A stretch of 51,280 nucleotides of DNA, taken from positions 1 to 51,280 of the IMG/VR virus record IMGVR_UViG_3300012953_007445; one strand, written 5' to 3'. This DNA is from a virus. Its lineage: Duplodnaviria > Caudoviricetes. A program made the translations under genes and the position numbers. Below, in pieces: positions 26,776 through 37,417 of this stretch. A model generated the notes under the pieces. That model did not search any database and was not told the origin of the DNA. It worked only from the letters and a program-made list of their open reading frames with translations. Within the stretch, counting starts at the first letter, position 1. The number at the start of each line of letters is the position of its first letter.

Positions 26776-28659
26776 ATGACAGATAAAAATAATCCTCATG
26801 TAATTATAGTAGCAGATTTTTTTGCAAAAGACATCACTGGTGGTGCTGAATTAAGTACTCAAGCTTTAATCGATTCAGTTCCGGAAGATATTGAACTTGA
26901 AACTATGTACTCCCGAGATGTCAGTCTAGAAAATTTAGAAGAACATAAAGACTCTTTTTGGATTTTTACAAATTGCGCCGGCATGGATTTAAATTTGATT
27001 CCATCAATTGCTGCTAATCTAGACTATTCGATAGTAGAGTATGACTATAAATTTTGTAAATATCGTTCTGTTGAGAAGCACAACCTGATAGAAAATAAAG
27101 AGTGTGATTGTCACGAACAAATTCATGGTAAAATAATTTCTGCTTTTTTCTTAGGAGCAAAAAGTATTTGGTGGATGTCAGAAGCTCAGCAACAAAGATA
27201 TATTGATAAGTTTCCTTTTCTAGAAAATGTTAATTCAGTTGTCTTGAGTTCTGTTTTTGATGACGCATTCTTCTTAAAGATAAGAGAACTAAATTCTCTA
27301 AATTTAGAAAGAAATGGCTGGGTAGTTTTAGATTCAGACAGCTGGATTAAGGGAACTGAAAGTGCTATAAACTATTGCGAAGAAAATAATCTTAAGTTCA
27401 GTACTATTAAAGATTTACCATATAATGAAGTGCTAGAAAAACTAGCTGCAGCTGAAGGTTTAGTTTATTTACCTCGTGGTGGAGATACATGCCCTAGGCT
27501 AGTGATTGAAGCTCAAGTTTTAGGTTGTCGATTAATTTTAAACGAAAACGTTCAACATAAAGATGAGATATGGTTTGATACAAAAAACTTCTTTGATACT
27601 GAAGCTTATCTTTACGCAGCTCGAGAAAGATTTTGGAACGGTATAATATCTGATATCAATTGGGATCCAAAGATATCAGGATACACTACAGTGTATAATT
27701 GCATAAAAAACGAATATCCATGGGAAAAAACAGTAGAATCTATGCTTGGATTCTGTGACGAGGTTGTAGTAGTCGATTCAGGGTCTGATGATGGTACTTG
27801 GGAAAAATTGCTAGAAATTGCTGAAAGAAATGAAAAGGTAGTAGCAAAACAAAATAAAATCGATTGGGATCATCCTAGGTTTGCTTATCACAGCGACGGC
27901 ATGCAAAAAGCTTTTGCTCGAGATTTTTGTACAGGAGATTTTTGCTGGCAAATGGATTCAGATGAGTTTGTCTTGCCGAAAGACTTTGAAAAAATCAAAC
28001 AATTAGTAAAAAGGTTTCCTCAACTTTCCGAATTAGTAGCTTTACCAGTCGTAGAATTTTGGGGAAGTTACGATAAAGTAAGGGTTGATATTAATCCATG
28101 GAAATGGAGAATAAGCAGAAACAAGCCATACATAACGCATGGAATACCAAAAGAGTTACGAAGGTTTGATGAGAATGGTGGCATGTATACTGCTCCGGGA
28201 AGCGATACATGCGATTATATACATAAAGAATCATTCGATCGTATCCCTTTTATTGCTTATTATTCGGAAGAAGTAGAATTACTTAGAAGAGAAGCTTTGA
28301 ATGGAAATATAGAATCTCTTAACAAATATGAAAAATGGTATAATGACGTTTCTGAATCGGTACCAACTGTTTATCACATGTCTTGGTTTGATATAGAGAG
28401 AAAGATTAGATTATTCAAAAGTTATTGGACAAAATTTTGGCTAAGTCAATATAATATACCGGTAGAAGATATATCTGAGAATAACATGTTTTTTGATAAA
28501 CCTTGGAAAGATGTTAAAGACGAAGAAATAAAATTACTTTCAGAAAAATTAGCTAGCGATATGGGAGGGTGGATTTTCCACACTAAAATAAATTGGTCAG
28601 CTAAGACACCTTCAATAAAGATTTCTCACGGATGTAAAGATTATCTAGACAATGAATAA
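26776..28659 (+). CDS. Two-domain glycosyltransferase (GT-B-like N-terminus + GT2 C-terminus)
   Basis: GGAELS, DTCPRLVIEAQVLG; VVVVDSGSDDGT, WQMDSDE. Confidence 0.85.
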   Translation: MTDKNNPHVIIVADFFAKDITGGAELSTQALIDSVPEDIELETMYSRDVSLENLEEHKDSFWIFTNCAGMDLNLIPSIAANLDYSIVEYDYKFCKYRSVEKHNLIENKECDCHEQIHGKIISAFFLGAKSIWWMSEAQQQRYIDKFPFLENVNSVVLSSVFDDAFFLKIRELNSLNLERNGWVVLDSDSWIKGTESAINYCEENNLKFSTIKDLPYNEVLEKLAAAEGLVYLPRGGDTCPRLVIEAQVLGCRLILNENVQHKDEIWFDTKNFFDTEAYLYAARERFWNGIISDINWDPKISGYTTVYNCIKNEYPWEKTVESMLGFCDEVVVVDSGSDDGTWEKLLEIAERNEKVVAKQNKIDWDHPRFAYHSDGMQKAFARDFCTGDFCWQMDSDEFVLPKDFEKIKQLVKRFPQLSELVALPVVEFWGSYDKVRVDINPWKWRISRNKPYITHGIPKELRRFDENGGMYTAPGSDTCDYIHKESFDRIPFIAYYSEEVELLRREALNGNIESLNKYEKWYNDVSESVPTVYHMSWFDIERKIRLFKSYWTKFWLSQYNIPVEDISENNMFFDKPWKDVKDEEIKLLSEKLASDMGGWIFHTKINWSAKTPSIKISHGCKDYLDNE

Positions 28660-29353
28660 AAAAGTATCGATAGTAGTACCGGTAAAAAATTGTGAATCTA
28701 CTGTCAAAAGATCTTTAGATTCTGTTTTAGAACAAACCTACGAAAATTTTGAATTAATAATTGTTAATAACAATTGTACTGACAAAACTATTGAAATAGT
28801 CAAAGAAATAAATGACAATCGAATAAAAATCGTAGATTGTAAAATTTCAGGCATTGTTCCAGCTTTAAATACAGGATTAAAAGTAACTACAGGAGATTAC
28901 ATTGCTAGGCAAGACGGCGATGATTATTGGCATCCGAATAAATTAGAAAAACAAGTTTATGTGTTAGATAACAGCAGTACTGATATATGTGGTACTCAAA
29001 TTAATATTTTAGATAAAGATTTTAAAGTTGTCGATGATTCTTTTAGGTACCCATTAAAGGACAAGCCAATAAAATCTTGGTTATTAACTGGCAAGAACGC
29101 TATAGCCCACCCATCGGTAGTTTTTAGAAAAGAAGTACTCTTAAGGGTTGGCGGGTATGATGATTCTTATCCTATAGCTGAAGATCATCATATGTGGTTA
29201 AGATGCATTAGGTGGTTTAATTTCTTTAATTTATCTGATGTATTAGTTGATTACACCGCAGTTCATAATCCCATGTACGATTCAAAGTATCCCTTGCTTT
29301 CATCTGAAGCTCAATTTAAAGTCTTGAGTTATATGGGATATATAAAAGTATGA
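28652..29353 (+). CDS. GT2 glycosyltransferase
   Basis: VSIVVPVKN, YIARQDGDD, AHPSV, AEDHHMW. Confidence 0.92.
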   Translation: MNKKVSIVVPVKNCESTVKRSLDSVLEQTYENFELIIVNNNCTDKTIEIVKEINDNRIKIVDCKISGIVPALNTGLKVTTGDYIARQDGDDYWHPNKLEKQVYVLDNSSTDICGTQINILDKDFKVVDDSFRYPLKDKPIKSWLLTGKNAIAHPSVVFRKEVLLRVGGYDDSYPIAEDHHMWLRCIRWFNFFNLSDVLVDYTAVHNPMYDSKYPLLSSEAQFKVLSYMGYIKV

Positions 29354-30129
29354 TAACTAGCTTTCAAATAGGCACAAATGGAAGGTTTGGAAATCAAATG
29401 TTTCAGTATGCCGCGATGTTTGGTTTATCAAAACTTAAAGATTTAGACATTTATTTACATAGTAATAATCACGAACTCTTTGATGCTTTTTATTTACCGT
29501 CAGCAAAAAAAGCGAACGAAGAAGTAAAAAAGGAAATCAAGTTTCAATATAAAGAACCTAGTTTCTATTTTAATACGAACTTCTTCAATGCTGGTACTAA
29601 AACCGACTTATATGGATATTTTCAGTCTCCACTATATTTTTTGCATTGTTTAAATGAACTGGAAAAAGAATTTAATTTTAGAGATGAAATTCGTTTAGAA
29701 GCTGCTGAACAATACGAAAGATATAGGGATAATCTTCCGACATGTTCTATTCATGTGAGAAGAACTGATTACTTAAAAACCCCAGAATATCATCCTACTT
29801 GTTCTATTGATTACTATAATAACGCAAAAAACATTATAAAAAATTCTTCTAACGCAAAGATAAAATTTTTAGTCTTTGGAGATGATAAAAAATGGATAGA
29901 AGATAACTTGCTAGATGAAGATTCGTTCTTTGTAGAAGGAAATCCAGGTCCATTAGATATGTGTATGATGTCAATGTGCAACGCACACATAATAGCAAAC
30001 TCGAGTTTTTCTTGGTGGGCAGCTATGCTTGGGAAAAGAAATTCTGTTATTGCTCCTAAAGTTTGGTTCGGTCCTCAGGGACCTCCGAACTATGATACTA
30101 TATATTACGAAAGGTGGTTGAAAATATAA
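29350..30129 (+). CDS. GT11 alpha-1,2-fucosyltransferase
   Basis: GRFGNQMFQYA, GYFQS, IHVRRTDY, IIANSSFSWW. Confidence 0.92.
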   Translation: MITSFQIGTNGRFGNQMFQYAAMFGLSKLKDLDIYLHSNNHELFDAFYLPSAKKANEEVKKEIKFQYKEPSFYFNTNFFNAGTKTDLYGYFQSPLYFLHCLNELEKEFNFRDEIRLEAAEQYERYRDNLPTCSIHVRRTDYLKTPEYHPTCSIDYYNNAKNIIKNSSNAKIKFLVFGDDKKWIEDNLLDEDSFFVEGNPGPLDMCMMSMCNAHIIANSSFSWWAAMLGKRNSVIAPKVWFGPQGPPNYDTIYYERWLKI

Positions 30130-31205
30130 TGAGTTGGTTACCCCCATATATGAAACCAGAAGATGTTGCAACCAATTGTCGAGCTGATCAGCATTATTCT
30201 TGTATGATGGCTTCGACAGTTGGCGGCATGTACAAGAGTCATACTCCAGACATAACTTTTTTAATTCCTTATGGCACAGATTCTCAAAATAGATTTGAGA
30301 ATCTTTGTGATGTTTTGTGTTGGATTAGTTTCACTACAACAGCTAAAGTAGAATTGTATATTTCCGAGACAGAAAAAGCTTTCTCTTCTTTTCGCTGGTT
30401 TGATTTAGATTCAGCGATTGAACAATATCAAGCTGGAAATAAAAAAGAAGTAGATGATAGCGTTAAAGAGATATTATATGACAATATGTGTATCCACCGA
30501 ATGCATAAAAATGAATTTGGACAACTATTTTTCTATGGAATAGCTTTGGAAGATTTTAAAGATAGGGTCAATATTCATATAGAAAGAAGATCAGACGACG
30601 CACCTTTTCATAGGACTAAATATCTTAACGAAATGCTTACGCGAGTAACAACTCCTTATTGCGCTAATCATGATGCTGACGTGATCTTATCTCGAGACGG
30701 TTTATTAACATCAATAGGAATGCTTAGGACTTCTGACACAGACATTGTATATCCTTACGGATATGGAAAGTATCAAGTAATGATACACGAAAGGGTAGGT
30801 CCTGGAAGCATTAATTTGGAGAAATTAATATTAACTGGTGATGGAACTGGCATAGTATCTTCTCTAGGCACCGGTACTATGATTTGGGATGCTAAATACG
30901 GTCAATCGATAATCTATAGAACAGATTCTTATAAAAAAGTCTTTGGTGAAAATGAAGAATTTATATCTTGGGGTCCGGAAGATGTAGAAAGGTACGTCAG
31001 ATCTTATCGATTCAAAATGAAAATAGCGAGAATTAGTACTCATATATTCCACCTTGAACATCCTAGGGGATCCGAAAGTTCGACTTCTAATTCTAAATTT
31101 AATCATAATGAAGACCTATGGCAAAAGATTCAAAACTTAAAAGCAGAAGAACTTCTAGAATACTATGAAAACTTAGAATATGTAAAAAGATATGGCTGGT
31201 CTTAA
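30129..31205 (+). CDS. GT-A glycosyltransferase with GT7-like C-terminal motif
   Basis: NHDADV, GENEEFISWGPED, FHLEH; start ATG 30129 (TAATG). Confidence 0.8.
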   Translation: MSWLPPYMKPEDVATNCRADQHYSCMMASTVGGMYKSHTPDITFLIPYGTDSQNRFENLCDVLCWISFTTTAKVELYISETEKAFSSFRWFDLDSAIEQYQAGNKKEVDDSVKEILYDNMCIHRMHKNEFGQLFFYGIALEDFKDRVNIHIERRSDDAPFHRTKYLNEMLTRVTTPYCANHDADVILSRDGLLTSIGMLRTSDTDIVYPYGYGKYQVMIHERVGPGSINLEKLILTGDGTGIVSSLGTGTMIWDAKYGQSIIYRTDSYKKVFGENEEFISWGPEDVERYVRSYRFKMKIARISTHIFHLEHPRGSESSTSNSKFNHNEDLWQKIQNLKAEELLEYYENLEYVKRYGWS

Positions 31206-31236
31206 TATTTATTAGTAAGATTCTCCAGGGAGAGAA

Positions 31237-31893
31237 ATGTCAGAAACTTACTACAAATATAATTTAAAAGAATTTAATTTTGAATCTTTATTTAAAGAAC
31301 TTTTCGCTATTAAAGATTTACAAAAACTTCATTTAGACTCTAAAGAAGAATACGATTTCTTTGGAGAACCTGGAAAAGATTCTGATACCAAATATCATAA
31401 AATATTTTATGACAAAATGCGAGCCGGCTGGCCAGAATTTTTGAATCTTTACAAAAAGTTTATAAAAGAGATAGTAGTTCCTCAGTTAGAAAAAGATGAG
31501 TTTATTTATCAAACTTGGCCAAGCTTTCGAGTTCATCTTCCTGATAATGTAGCTGTAGGAGGTTGGCATAAAGATGCTGATTATAATCACCCACCTGGAG
31601 AAATTAATTTTATCGTAGCTGTTACTCCTATGTTTGAAAGTAATTCAACCATATCAGAAGCTAATCCAGGAAAAATGGATTTTAGGCAATTTACTTTAAA
31701 GCCAGGAGAATACGTAAAGTTTAATGGTAATCAATGCATTCACGGAAATTTACCAAACAAAACTGGAGTTACTAGAATTAGTTTTGATTTTAGGTTAATG
31801 AAAAAAAGTGATTATAACGATAAGCATGAATTAAAATCTCTTTCTAAAGGAAATAAGTTTTTAATTGGTCACTACTATGAGGAATTAGATTGA
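31237..31893 (+). CDS. 2OG-Fe(II) oxygenase-like protein (StrG-like)
   Basis: PSFRVH, WHKD (HxD), HGN..N.TG.TRISFDFR. Confidence 0.72.
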   Translation: MSETYYKYNLKEFNFESLFKELFAIKDLQKLHLDSKEEYDFFGEPGKDSDTKYHKIFYDKMRAGWPEFLNLYKKFIKEIVVPQLEKDEFIYQTWPSFRVHLPDNVAVGGWHKDADYNHPPGEINFIVAVTPMFESNSTISEANPGKMDFRQFTLKPGEYVKFNGNQCIHGNLPNKTGVTRISFDFRLMKKSDYNDKHELKSLSKGNKFLIGHYYEELD

Positions 31894-32819
31894 AAATAAT
31901 AGTTACTGGAGGGAGTGGCATGGTTGGCTCCGCTTTTAAAAAAGCAAAAACTAATCATGATATAAAACTTTTAAGCAGTAAAGATGCAAACCTTTTAAAT
32001 TCTGAAGATTTTAAAATTTTGCTTGATAAAGAATCACCTGATGCTGTTATACACTTAGCTGCAAAGGTTGGTGGAGTGAAGGGAAATACAAATTTTATAG
32101 CAGACTTTTATTCGGAAAACATTAAAATAAATTGTAATGTTTTAGATGCATGCAATAATTTAGGAATCAAAAAAGTTGTTTCTCTTTTATCAACGTGCGT
32201 GTATCCGGATAATGTCAAATATCCCCTAACTGAAGATCAGATACATAATGGTGAACCTCACCAAAGCAACTTTGGATATGCATACGCTAAGAGGATGCTA
32301 GATATACACTCAAGGGCTTTAAGACAACAATATAACAGAAACTATATATGTGCAGTTCCAAATAATCTGTATGGGCTTTATGATAATTTTGATTTAGATA
32401 ATGGTCACGTTATTCCAGCTATCATTAGAAAGATTTGGGAAGCGAAAAATAACAAAAATATACCTACATTCTGGGGAGATGGAACTCCATTAAGGGAGTT
32501 TACTTTTTCCAATGATGTTGCTAGGATACTTTTATTTCTTTTAGAAAATTATGATAGACCAGAACCTGTAAATATAGGAAATGTTGAACAAAAAAGTATA
32601 TCTTCTGTCGTCACTATAGTGAGTGAAATTTTAGATTATAATGGCGAAATTAGGTGGGACGTATCAAAACCAGCTGGTCAGTTTAAAAAACCAAGCTCTA
32701 ATGCTAAGTTGCTAAAGTTGGGTTGGGAATCAAAAAACTACACTAGTTTTTACGAGGGCATGAAAAAAACCTGCGAATGGTTTATAAATAATTATCCAAA
32801 TGTGAGAGGCGTAGAATGA
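31890..32819 (+). CDS. fcl: GDP-L-fucose synthase
   Basis: [41 protein letters not shown]; TTG start with GAGG SD. Confidence 0.93.
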   Translation: MKIIVTGGSGMVGSAFKKAKTNHDIKLLSSKDANLLNSEDFKILLDKESPDAVIHLAAKVGGVKGNTNFIADFYSENIKINCNVLDACNNLGIKKVVSLLSTCVYPDNVKYPLTEDQIHNGEPHQSNFGYAYAKRMLDIHSRALRQQYNRNYICAVPNNLYGLYDNFDLDNGHVIPAIIRKIWEAKNNKNIPTFWGDGTPLREFTFSNDVARILLFLLENYDRPEPVNIGNVEQKSISSVVTIVSEILDYNGEIRWDVSKPAGQFKKPSSNAKLLKLGWESKNYTSFYEGMKKTCEWFINNYPNVRGVE

Positions 32820-33781
32820 AAACTGCTATAATAACAGGCGTAACTGGACAAGACGGTTCTTACTTGGCAGAGCATTTGTTAGCCTCCGGATATAAAGTAA
32901 TAGGATTAAAAAGAAGGACTAGCTTAATATCAACAGACAGAATAGATAGTATATTTTCTAACGAAAATTTAAATTTAGAGTATTTTGAATTAGATGATCC
33001 AGGAGTAATATACCGATTAATAAACAAATACGACCCTGATGAAATATACAATTTAGCAGCTCAATCTCATGTTAGGGTAAGCTTTGAAAATCCAGTATCA
33101 ACTACAAATACTATAGTTAATGGTACTCTTAATCTATTAGAAGCTATCAGGAACACTAATAAAGACATAAAATTTTATCAAGCTAGTTCTTCCGAAATGT
33201 TTGGAGATAATCCTGAAGTTCCTCAAAATGAATTAACTAGACTTTCTCCAGCCTCTCCTTATTCTTGCGCAAAAGTATATGCTCATCATCTAGTTAGAAA
33301 TTACAGAGAGTCTTATGGTATGTTTGCGTGTAGCGGAATACTTTTTAATCATGAGTCCCCTAGAAGAGGAGAGACTTTTGTCACTAGAAAAATAACAATT
33401 GCAGCAGCCAAAATCAAATTAGGTTTGCAAGATAAACTATACCTAGGTAACTTGCATGCTTTAAGAGATTGGGGGTTTGCTGGTGACTATGTTAAAGCAA
33501 TGCATATGATGCTACAACACGACGAGCCTGATGATTATGTTGTAGCTACTGGTAAAGCATATTCTGTTCAACAATGGCTAGAAGAAGTTTTTAAAATTGC
33601 TGGCTTATCGATCGATAAACATGTAGAAATAGATCCTAGACTTTTTAGACCTCATGAAGTACCTCACTTACTTGGCGATTATTCTAAAGCTAAAAAGGTT
33701 TTAGGGTGGAAGCCAGAAGTCGACTTTAAAAAGTTGGCAAAATTAATGTATGAATCAGATTTTAATTTTTGTAAAAATTAA
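32816..33781 (+). CDS. gmd: GDP-mannose 4,6-dehydratase
   Basis: [44 protein letters not shown]. Confidence 0.96.
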   Translation: MKTAIITGVTGQDGSYLAEHLLASGYKVIGLKRRTSLISTDRIDSIFSNENLNLEYFELDDPGVIYRLINKYDPDEIYNLAAQSHVRVSFENPVSTTNTIVNGTLNLLEAIRNTNKDIKFYQASSSEMFGDNPEVPQNELTRLSPASPYSCAKVYAHHLVRNYRESYGMFACSGILFNHESPRRGETFVTRKITIAAAKIKLGLQDKLYLGNLHALRDWGFAGDYVKAMHMMLQHDEPDDYVVATGKAYSVQQWLEEVFKIAGLSIDKHVEIDPRLFRPHEVPHLLGDYSKAKKVLGWKPEVDFKKLAKLMYESDFNFCKN

Positions 33782-33797
33782 AAAAAATAGTTAGAAT
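33769..33797 (+). promoter_or_regulatory. Candidate sigma70-type promoter giving a near-leaderless transcript
   Basis: TTGTAA-17 nt-TAGAAT, 6 nt before ATG 33804, no SD. Confidence 0.4.
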
Positions 33798-33803
33798 TAT
33801 CTA

Positions 33804-34682
33804 ATGATAATAGATAAAACAAAAGATCTACCTATACTGCCAAATAACAAACCTCATGTTTCATATTCGGAAGTTAAAAATTGGAAAGAGTGTGCCTGGA
33901 GACATAAGTTAGCTTACATCGATGGAATAACATCTGATGAACCATCTCAATATCTTTCTTACGGTTCTGCTATACACGATGGTATAGAAAATTTTCTTTT
34001 GTCTGGTCAAATGGATATTGAAAAAACATTATCTGATATAAAATCAGAGTGGAAAAAACATGAATTTGATTCAGATGTCTTTATAAAAAAACAAGCAGAT
34101 ATCAGAAAAAATAATGGTTGGAAACCTAAACCTCATCTTTATTTAGATGTTTGGTTAGAATACGCTAAAAATAGTTTAAACGAAATACCAACTTTTCTAG
34201 AAGAAACCTTTGGTGAATATGAAGTAGTTTCTGCAGAAGAACAACTATATGAGCATGTACCGGAAGTCGGTGCCTATTTTAAGGGATTTATCGATGCCTT
34301 AATAAAAACAAAAGACAAAAAAGGTAACGAAATTTACTGGGTTATCGACTGGAAAACAGCCGGTGACAAAGGTTGGTACGCTAGTAAAAGAAGGGATATT
34401 TTGACTTGGGCTCAGATAGCTTTATATAAACATTTTTGGCGTAATAAAAATAATATAGATATTAAATCTGTAAGATGCGGATTTGTTCTATTAAAGCGAG
34501 GAGCTCCAAAAGGAAAAATATGCGAATTAGTAAAAGTTTCAGTTGGAGAAAAAGCAGAAGCTAAGTGTACTTCTATTTTAAGAAGTATGGTACTCTCTAT
34601 GAAGAGAGGCATTTATCTTAAAAATAGAAACTCCTGCTTATTTTGTGATTATAAGGGTACCGTTCATTGCCCGGGAAGTTAG
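33804..34682 (+). CDS. Cas4-like PD-(D/E)XK exonuclease
   Basis: HVSYS..C, GSAIH, KGFID, IDWKT, QIALY, C-terminal CLFC-x7-C. Confidence 0.88.
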   Translation: MIIDKTKDLPILPNNKPHVSYSEVKNWKECAWRHKLAYIDGITSDEPSQYLSYGSAIHDGIENFLLSGQMDIEKTLSDIKSEWKKHEFDSDVFIKKQADIRKNNGWKPKPHLYLDVWLEYAKNSLNEIPTFLEETFGEYEVVSAEEQLYEHVPEVGAYFKGFIDALIKTKDKKGNEIYWVIDWKTAGDKGWYASKRRDILTWAQIALYKHFWRNKNNIDIKSVRCGFVLLKRGAPKGKICELVKVSVGEKAEAKCTSILRSMVLSMKRGIYLKNRNSCLFCDYKGTVHCPGS

Positions 34683-34683
34683 A

Positions 34684-35940
34684 ATGGAAAAATATAAAGT
34701 ATTAGTTTTGTCAGACCATGCTCTGTCTCCGTCCGGTGTCGGCGTTCAAACTAGATTTTTAATCAATGGATTACTAGAAAAAAACACTTGGACGTTTAGA
34801 CAGCTAGGAGCAGCTATTAAGCATGAAAATTATGATGTTCAAAAAGTTGCTGAAGATTTTATTATTAAGCCAGTTGATGGTTTTGGTAATGAAGAGTTAA
34901 TTAGAAATCTTTTAGTTACAGAAAAACCTGATGTAATTCTTTTGTTTACCGACCCAAGATTTTTTGTCTGGTTATGGAATATGGAAGATGAGATACATCA
35001 AATATGTCCCATAGTATATTGGCACGTTTGGGATAATAAACCATTTCCAGAATATAATAATGAATTCTATCAGGCTACTGATTTGATTAATTGTCATAGC
35101 CATCATACATACGAGCAAGTTAAAGAACATTGGCCAGATAGAACTAATTTTATACCTCATGCCCTTCCTGAAGAAGTTTTTTTCGAAATAGTAGATAGAG
35201 ATTTTGTAAAAGAATCCAAAGTAGGTTTCATGGGCAAGCATCGGGAAGATGATTTTGTTCTACTTTGGATTAGCAGAAATGCGAAAAGAAAGAGGCCAGC
35301 TGATCTTCTTTGGTCTTGGAAGATATTTTTAGAAGAAGTAGAAGAAGTCAATGGTCGCAAACCAGCAACGTTTGTAATGCATACAGATCCTTTTGACAGG
35401 GAAGGTCCTGATTTAACTAAAGTTGTTGATATGCTAGGAATAACAGAAAATGTTATTTTTTCAAATGATAGAGTAAATTTTCAACAAATGAATATGTTAC
35501 ATAATATGTCTGATTGCGTCATTAATTTAAGTTTTGCTGAAGGTTTCGGTTTAACTACGCTGGAAGCTATGCAGACAAAAACTCCGATAATAGCTCCAAA
35601 AACAGGGGGGTTGACTAGACAAGTAGTAGACCACAGAGATGGTAGCGAAAATGGAGTTGCTTTAGATATAGAATTTAAGTCTTTAGTAGGTTCTCAAGAC
35701 GTTCCTTATATCTATGAAGATTATGTTTCTGTTGAAACAACAGCGAAAGCTATAAAGAAAATATACGACATGTCTGATGAAGAAAGAAAAGAACTTGGCG
35801 AAAAATGTTCAGATTATGTAAATTCAGAGTTTAATTATCAAAATACGATAGACATGTGGCATGAAACAATGCTAAAAACTGTTGAAGATTTTAAGAAAGG
35901 CAAATCAACTACTAAGAGATTTGAACTTATAGAAGTATGA
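34684..35940 (+). CDS. GT4-like glycosyltransferase
   Basis: SGVG, RNAKRKR, AEGFGLTTLEAM; start ATG 34684. Confidence 0.88.
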   Translation: MEKYKVLVLSDHALSPSGVGVQTRFLINGLLEKNTWTFRQLGAAIKHENYDVQKVAEDFIIKPVDGFGNEELIRNLLVTEKPDVILLFTDPRFFVWLWNMEDEIHQICPIVYWHVWDNKPFPEYNNEFYQATDLINCHSHHTYEQVKEHWPDRTNFIPHALPEEVFFEIVDRDFVKESKVGFMGKHREDDFVLLWISRNAKRKRPADLLWSWKIFLEEVEEVNGRKPATFVMHTDPFDREGPDLTKVVDMLGITENVIFSNDRVNFQQMNMLHNMSDCVINLSFAEGFGLTTLEAMQTKTPIIAPKTGGLTRQVVDHRDGSENGVALDIEFKSLVGSQDVPYIYEDYVSVETTAKAIKKIYDMSDEERKELGEKCSDYVNSEFNYQNTIDMWHETMLKTVEDFKKGKSTTKRFELIEV

Positions 35941-37091
35941 AGAAAGTTTTAGTAAGAGGTCCATTAGTTAGTTCTTCTGGTTACGGCGTGCATGCCAGAC
36001 AAGTATTTTCTTATTTAGAATCTAAAGGTTGCGATATAAGTTCGCAAATTACTCCTTGGGGAATATGTCCATTTATAGTCAATAAAGAATATGAAGGTGG
36101 TTTAATTGGAAGAATACTAGATACAGGTACTCCAGTTGAATCAAAACCAGACGTATCCTTTCAGATACAGTTACCAAATGAGTGGGAACCTGGAGTTGCA
36201 AATTTTAATGTAGGTGTCACAGCTGGAGTAGAAACTGATAAGTGTTCTGTAGAATGGGTTGATTGTGTCAACAAAATGGATCTAGTTATAGTTCCTTCAA
36301 ATCATACGAGAGCGTGTTTCGTAAATTCAGGAGCGGACGAATCAAAAATATTAGTGGTTCCTGAATATGTTCAACCAGCTTTTATCGATAAAAAATTAGA
36401 GCCTATGAAACTAGATGTTGACACTAAGTTTAATTTTTTAATGTTTGGTTTAATAACCGGTTTAACACCAGAATCAGATAGAAAAAATACTTTTCATGGA
36501 ATAAAATTGCTTTGTGAAGCTTTTAAAGATGATCCAGAAGTCGGTGTAATTATAAAAACCGGTTTAGGAAGATCAACCACAGTTGATAGAAACAAATCGT
36601 TAACAATACTGAGAAAGATTGTTAGTTCTGTGAAGGTTGGAAAATATCCTAAGTTCTATTTATCTCATGGGATGATGACAGATGATGAAGTGTCTTCTTT
36701 TTTGAGGAGCGAGGAGATTAACGCTTTAGTATCTTTTACGCGTGGAGAAGGTTATGGTTTACCTTTGATAGAAGCAGCATCTTCTGAAGTCCCAGTTTTA
36801 GCGACCAATTGGTCCGGACACATAGATTTCTTAAATCACATTAAATTTTCTTCTTTCGAATACGATCTAGTTGAAATAGATAAAACTAGGGTGGATCACA
36901 TTTTTATTGAAGGAAGCAAATGGGCCACTCCTAAGTCTAAAAACGTCATAAGGAAACTAAAGAAAATAAAGAATTCATATGACATACCTAAACAATGGGC
37001 AAAAACAGGCAGCGAGGTTATTAATTCAAAGTTTAATCAAGCCGAAGTTTTCAAAATTTACGATAAATTTCTAAATGATATATTGAAATGA
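35937..37091 (+). CDS. GT4-like glycosyltransferase
   Basis: SGYGVHAR, DRKN, TRGEGYGLPLIEA, TNWSGHIDF. Confidence 0.88.
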   Translation: MKKVLVRGPLVSSSGYGVHARQVFSYLESKGCDISSQITPWGICPFIVNKEYEGGLIGRILDTGTPVESKPDVSFQIQLPNEWEPGVANFNVGVTAGVETDKCSVEWVDCVNKMDLVIVPSNHTRACFVNSGADESKILVVPEYVQPAFIDKKLEPMKLDVDTKFNFLMFGLITGLTPESDRKNTFHGIKLLCEAFKDDPEVGVIIKTGLGRSTTVDRNKSLTILRKIVSSVKVGKYPKFYLSHGMMTDDEVSSFLRSEEINALVSFTRGEGYGLPLIEAASSEVPVLATNWSGHIDFLNHIKFSSFEYDLVEIDKTRVDHIFIEGSKWATPKSKNVIRKLKKIKNSYDIPKQWAKTGSEVINSKFNQAEVFKIYDKFLNDILK

Positions 37092-37417
37092 GTATTAGTA
37101 TCATTATTATAACAGTGTTAATACTACTGCTAACGATATCGTCATATTTTGCGATAAAGTTTGCTTTTATACTAATGAAACTAGAAGATGCATTAGAAAA
37201 AAGTTTGGAAATTTTAGATACAAGACAAGAAACAATAGAACAAATACTACAGATACCCTTGTTTTTTGACAGTATTGAAGTAAGAAAAGTACATTCCGAC
37301 ATTGAAGAATGTAGAAATTCTATTTTGGATATTACCAAAGTTTTAACAGAAAATGTTTCTTCTTATGAAGCTGGAGAGGCTGCAGTTGAAGAAAAAGAAA
37401 ATAAGAAGGAACCCTAA
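37088..37417 (+). CDS. Membrane-anchored coiled-coil protein
   Basis: N-terminal hydrophobic helix IIIITVLILLLTISSYFAI. Confidence 0.7.
   Translation: MSISIIIITVLILLLTISSYFAIKFAFILMKLEDALEKSLEILDTRQETIEQILQIPLFFDSIEVRKVHSDIEECRNSILDITKVLTENVSSYEAGEAAVEEKENKKEP

Noticed and set aside
6543-33781. Giant eukaryotic virus (NCLDV) origin suggested by PMM, gmd, fcl and GTs
   Set aside because: SD motifs, coupled operons, sigma factors and contractile baseplate genes indicate a prokaryotic tailed phage
7349-34682. DinG plus Cas4 as a CRISPR-Cas (type IV-like) system
   Set aside because: The genes are ~25 kb apart, with no array and no Cas5/6/7 or Cas1/2; solo versions are common in phages
26776-37091. 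Bacterial O-antigen/capsule locus or chromosomal DNA with an eCIS/T6SS
   Set aside because: No wzx/wzy/ABC export or initiating transferase, no T6SS membrane complex, and continuous phage-type context
8826-37385. Longest-ORF starts at 8826, 11037, 24322, 30114, 34645, 37353
   Set aside because: Downstream starts (8934, 11049, 24334, 30129, 34684, 37386) give better SD or stop-start coupling and less overlap
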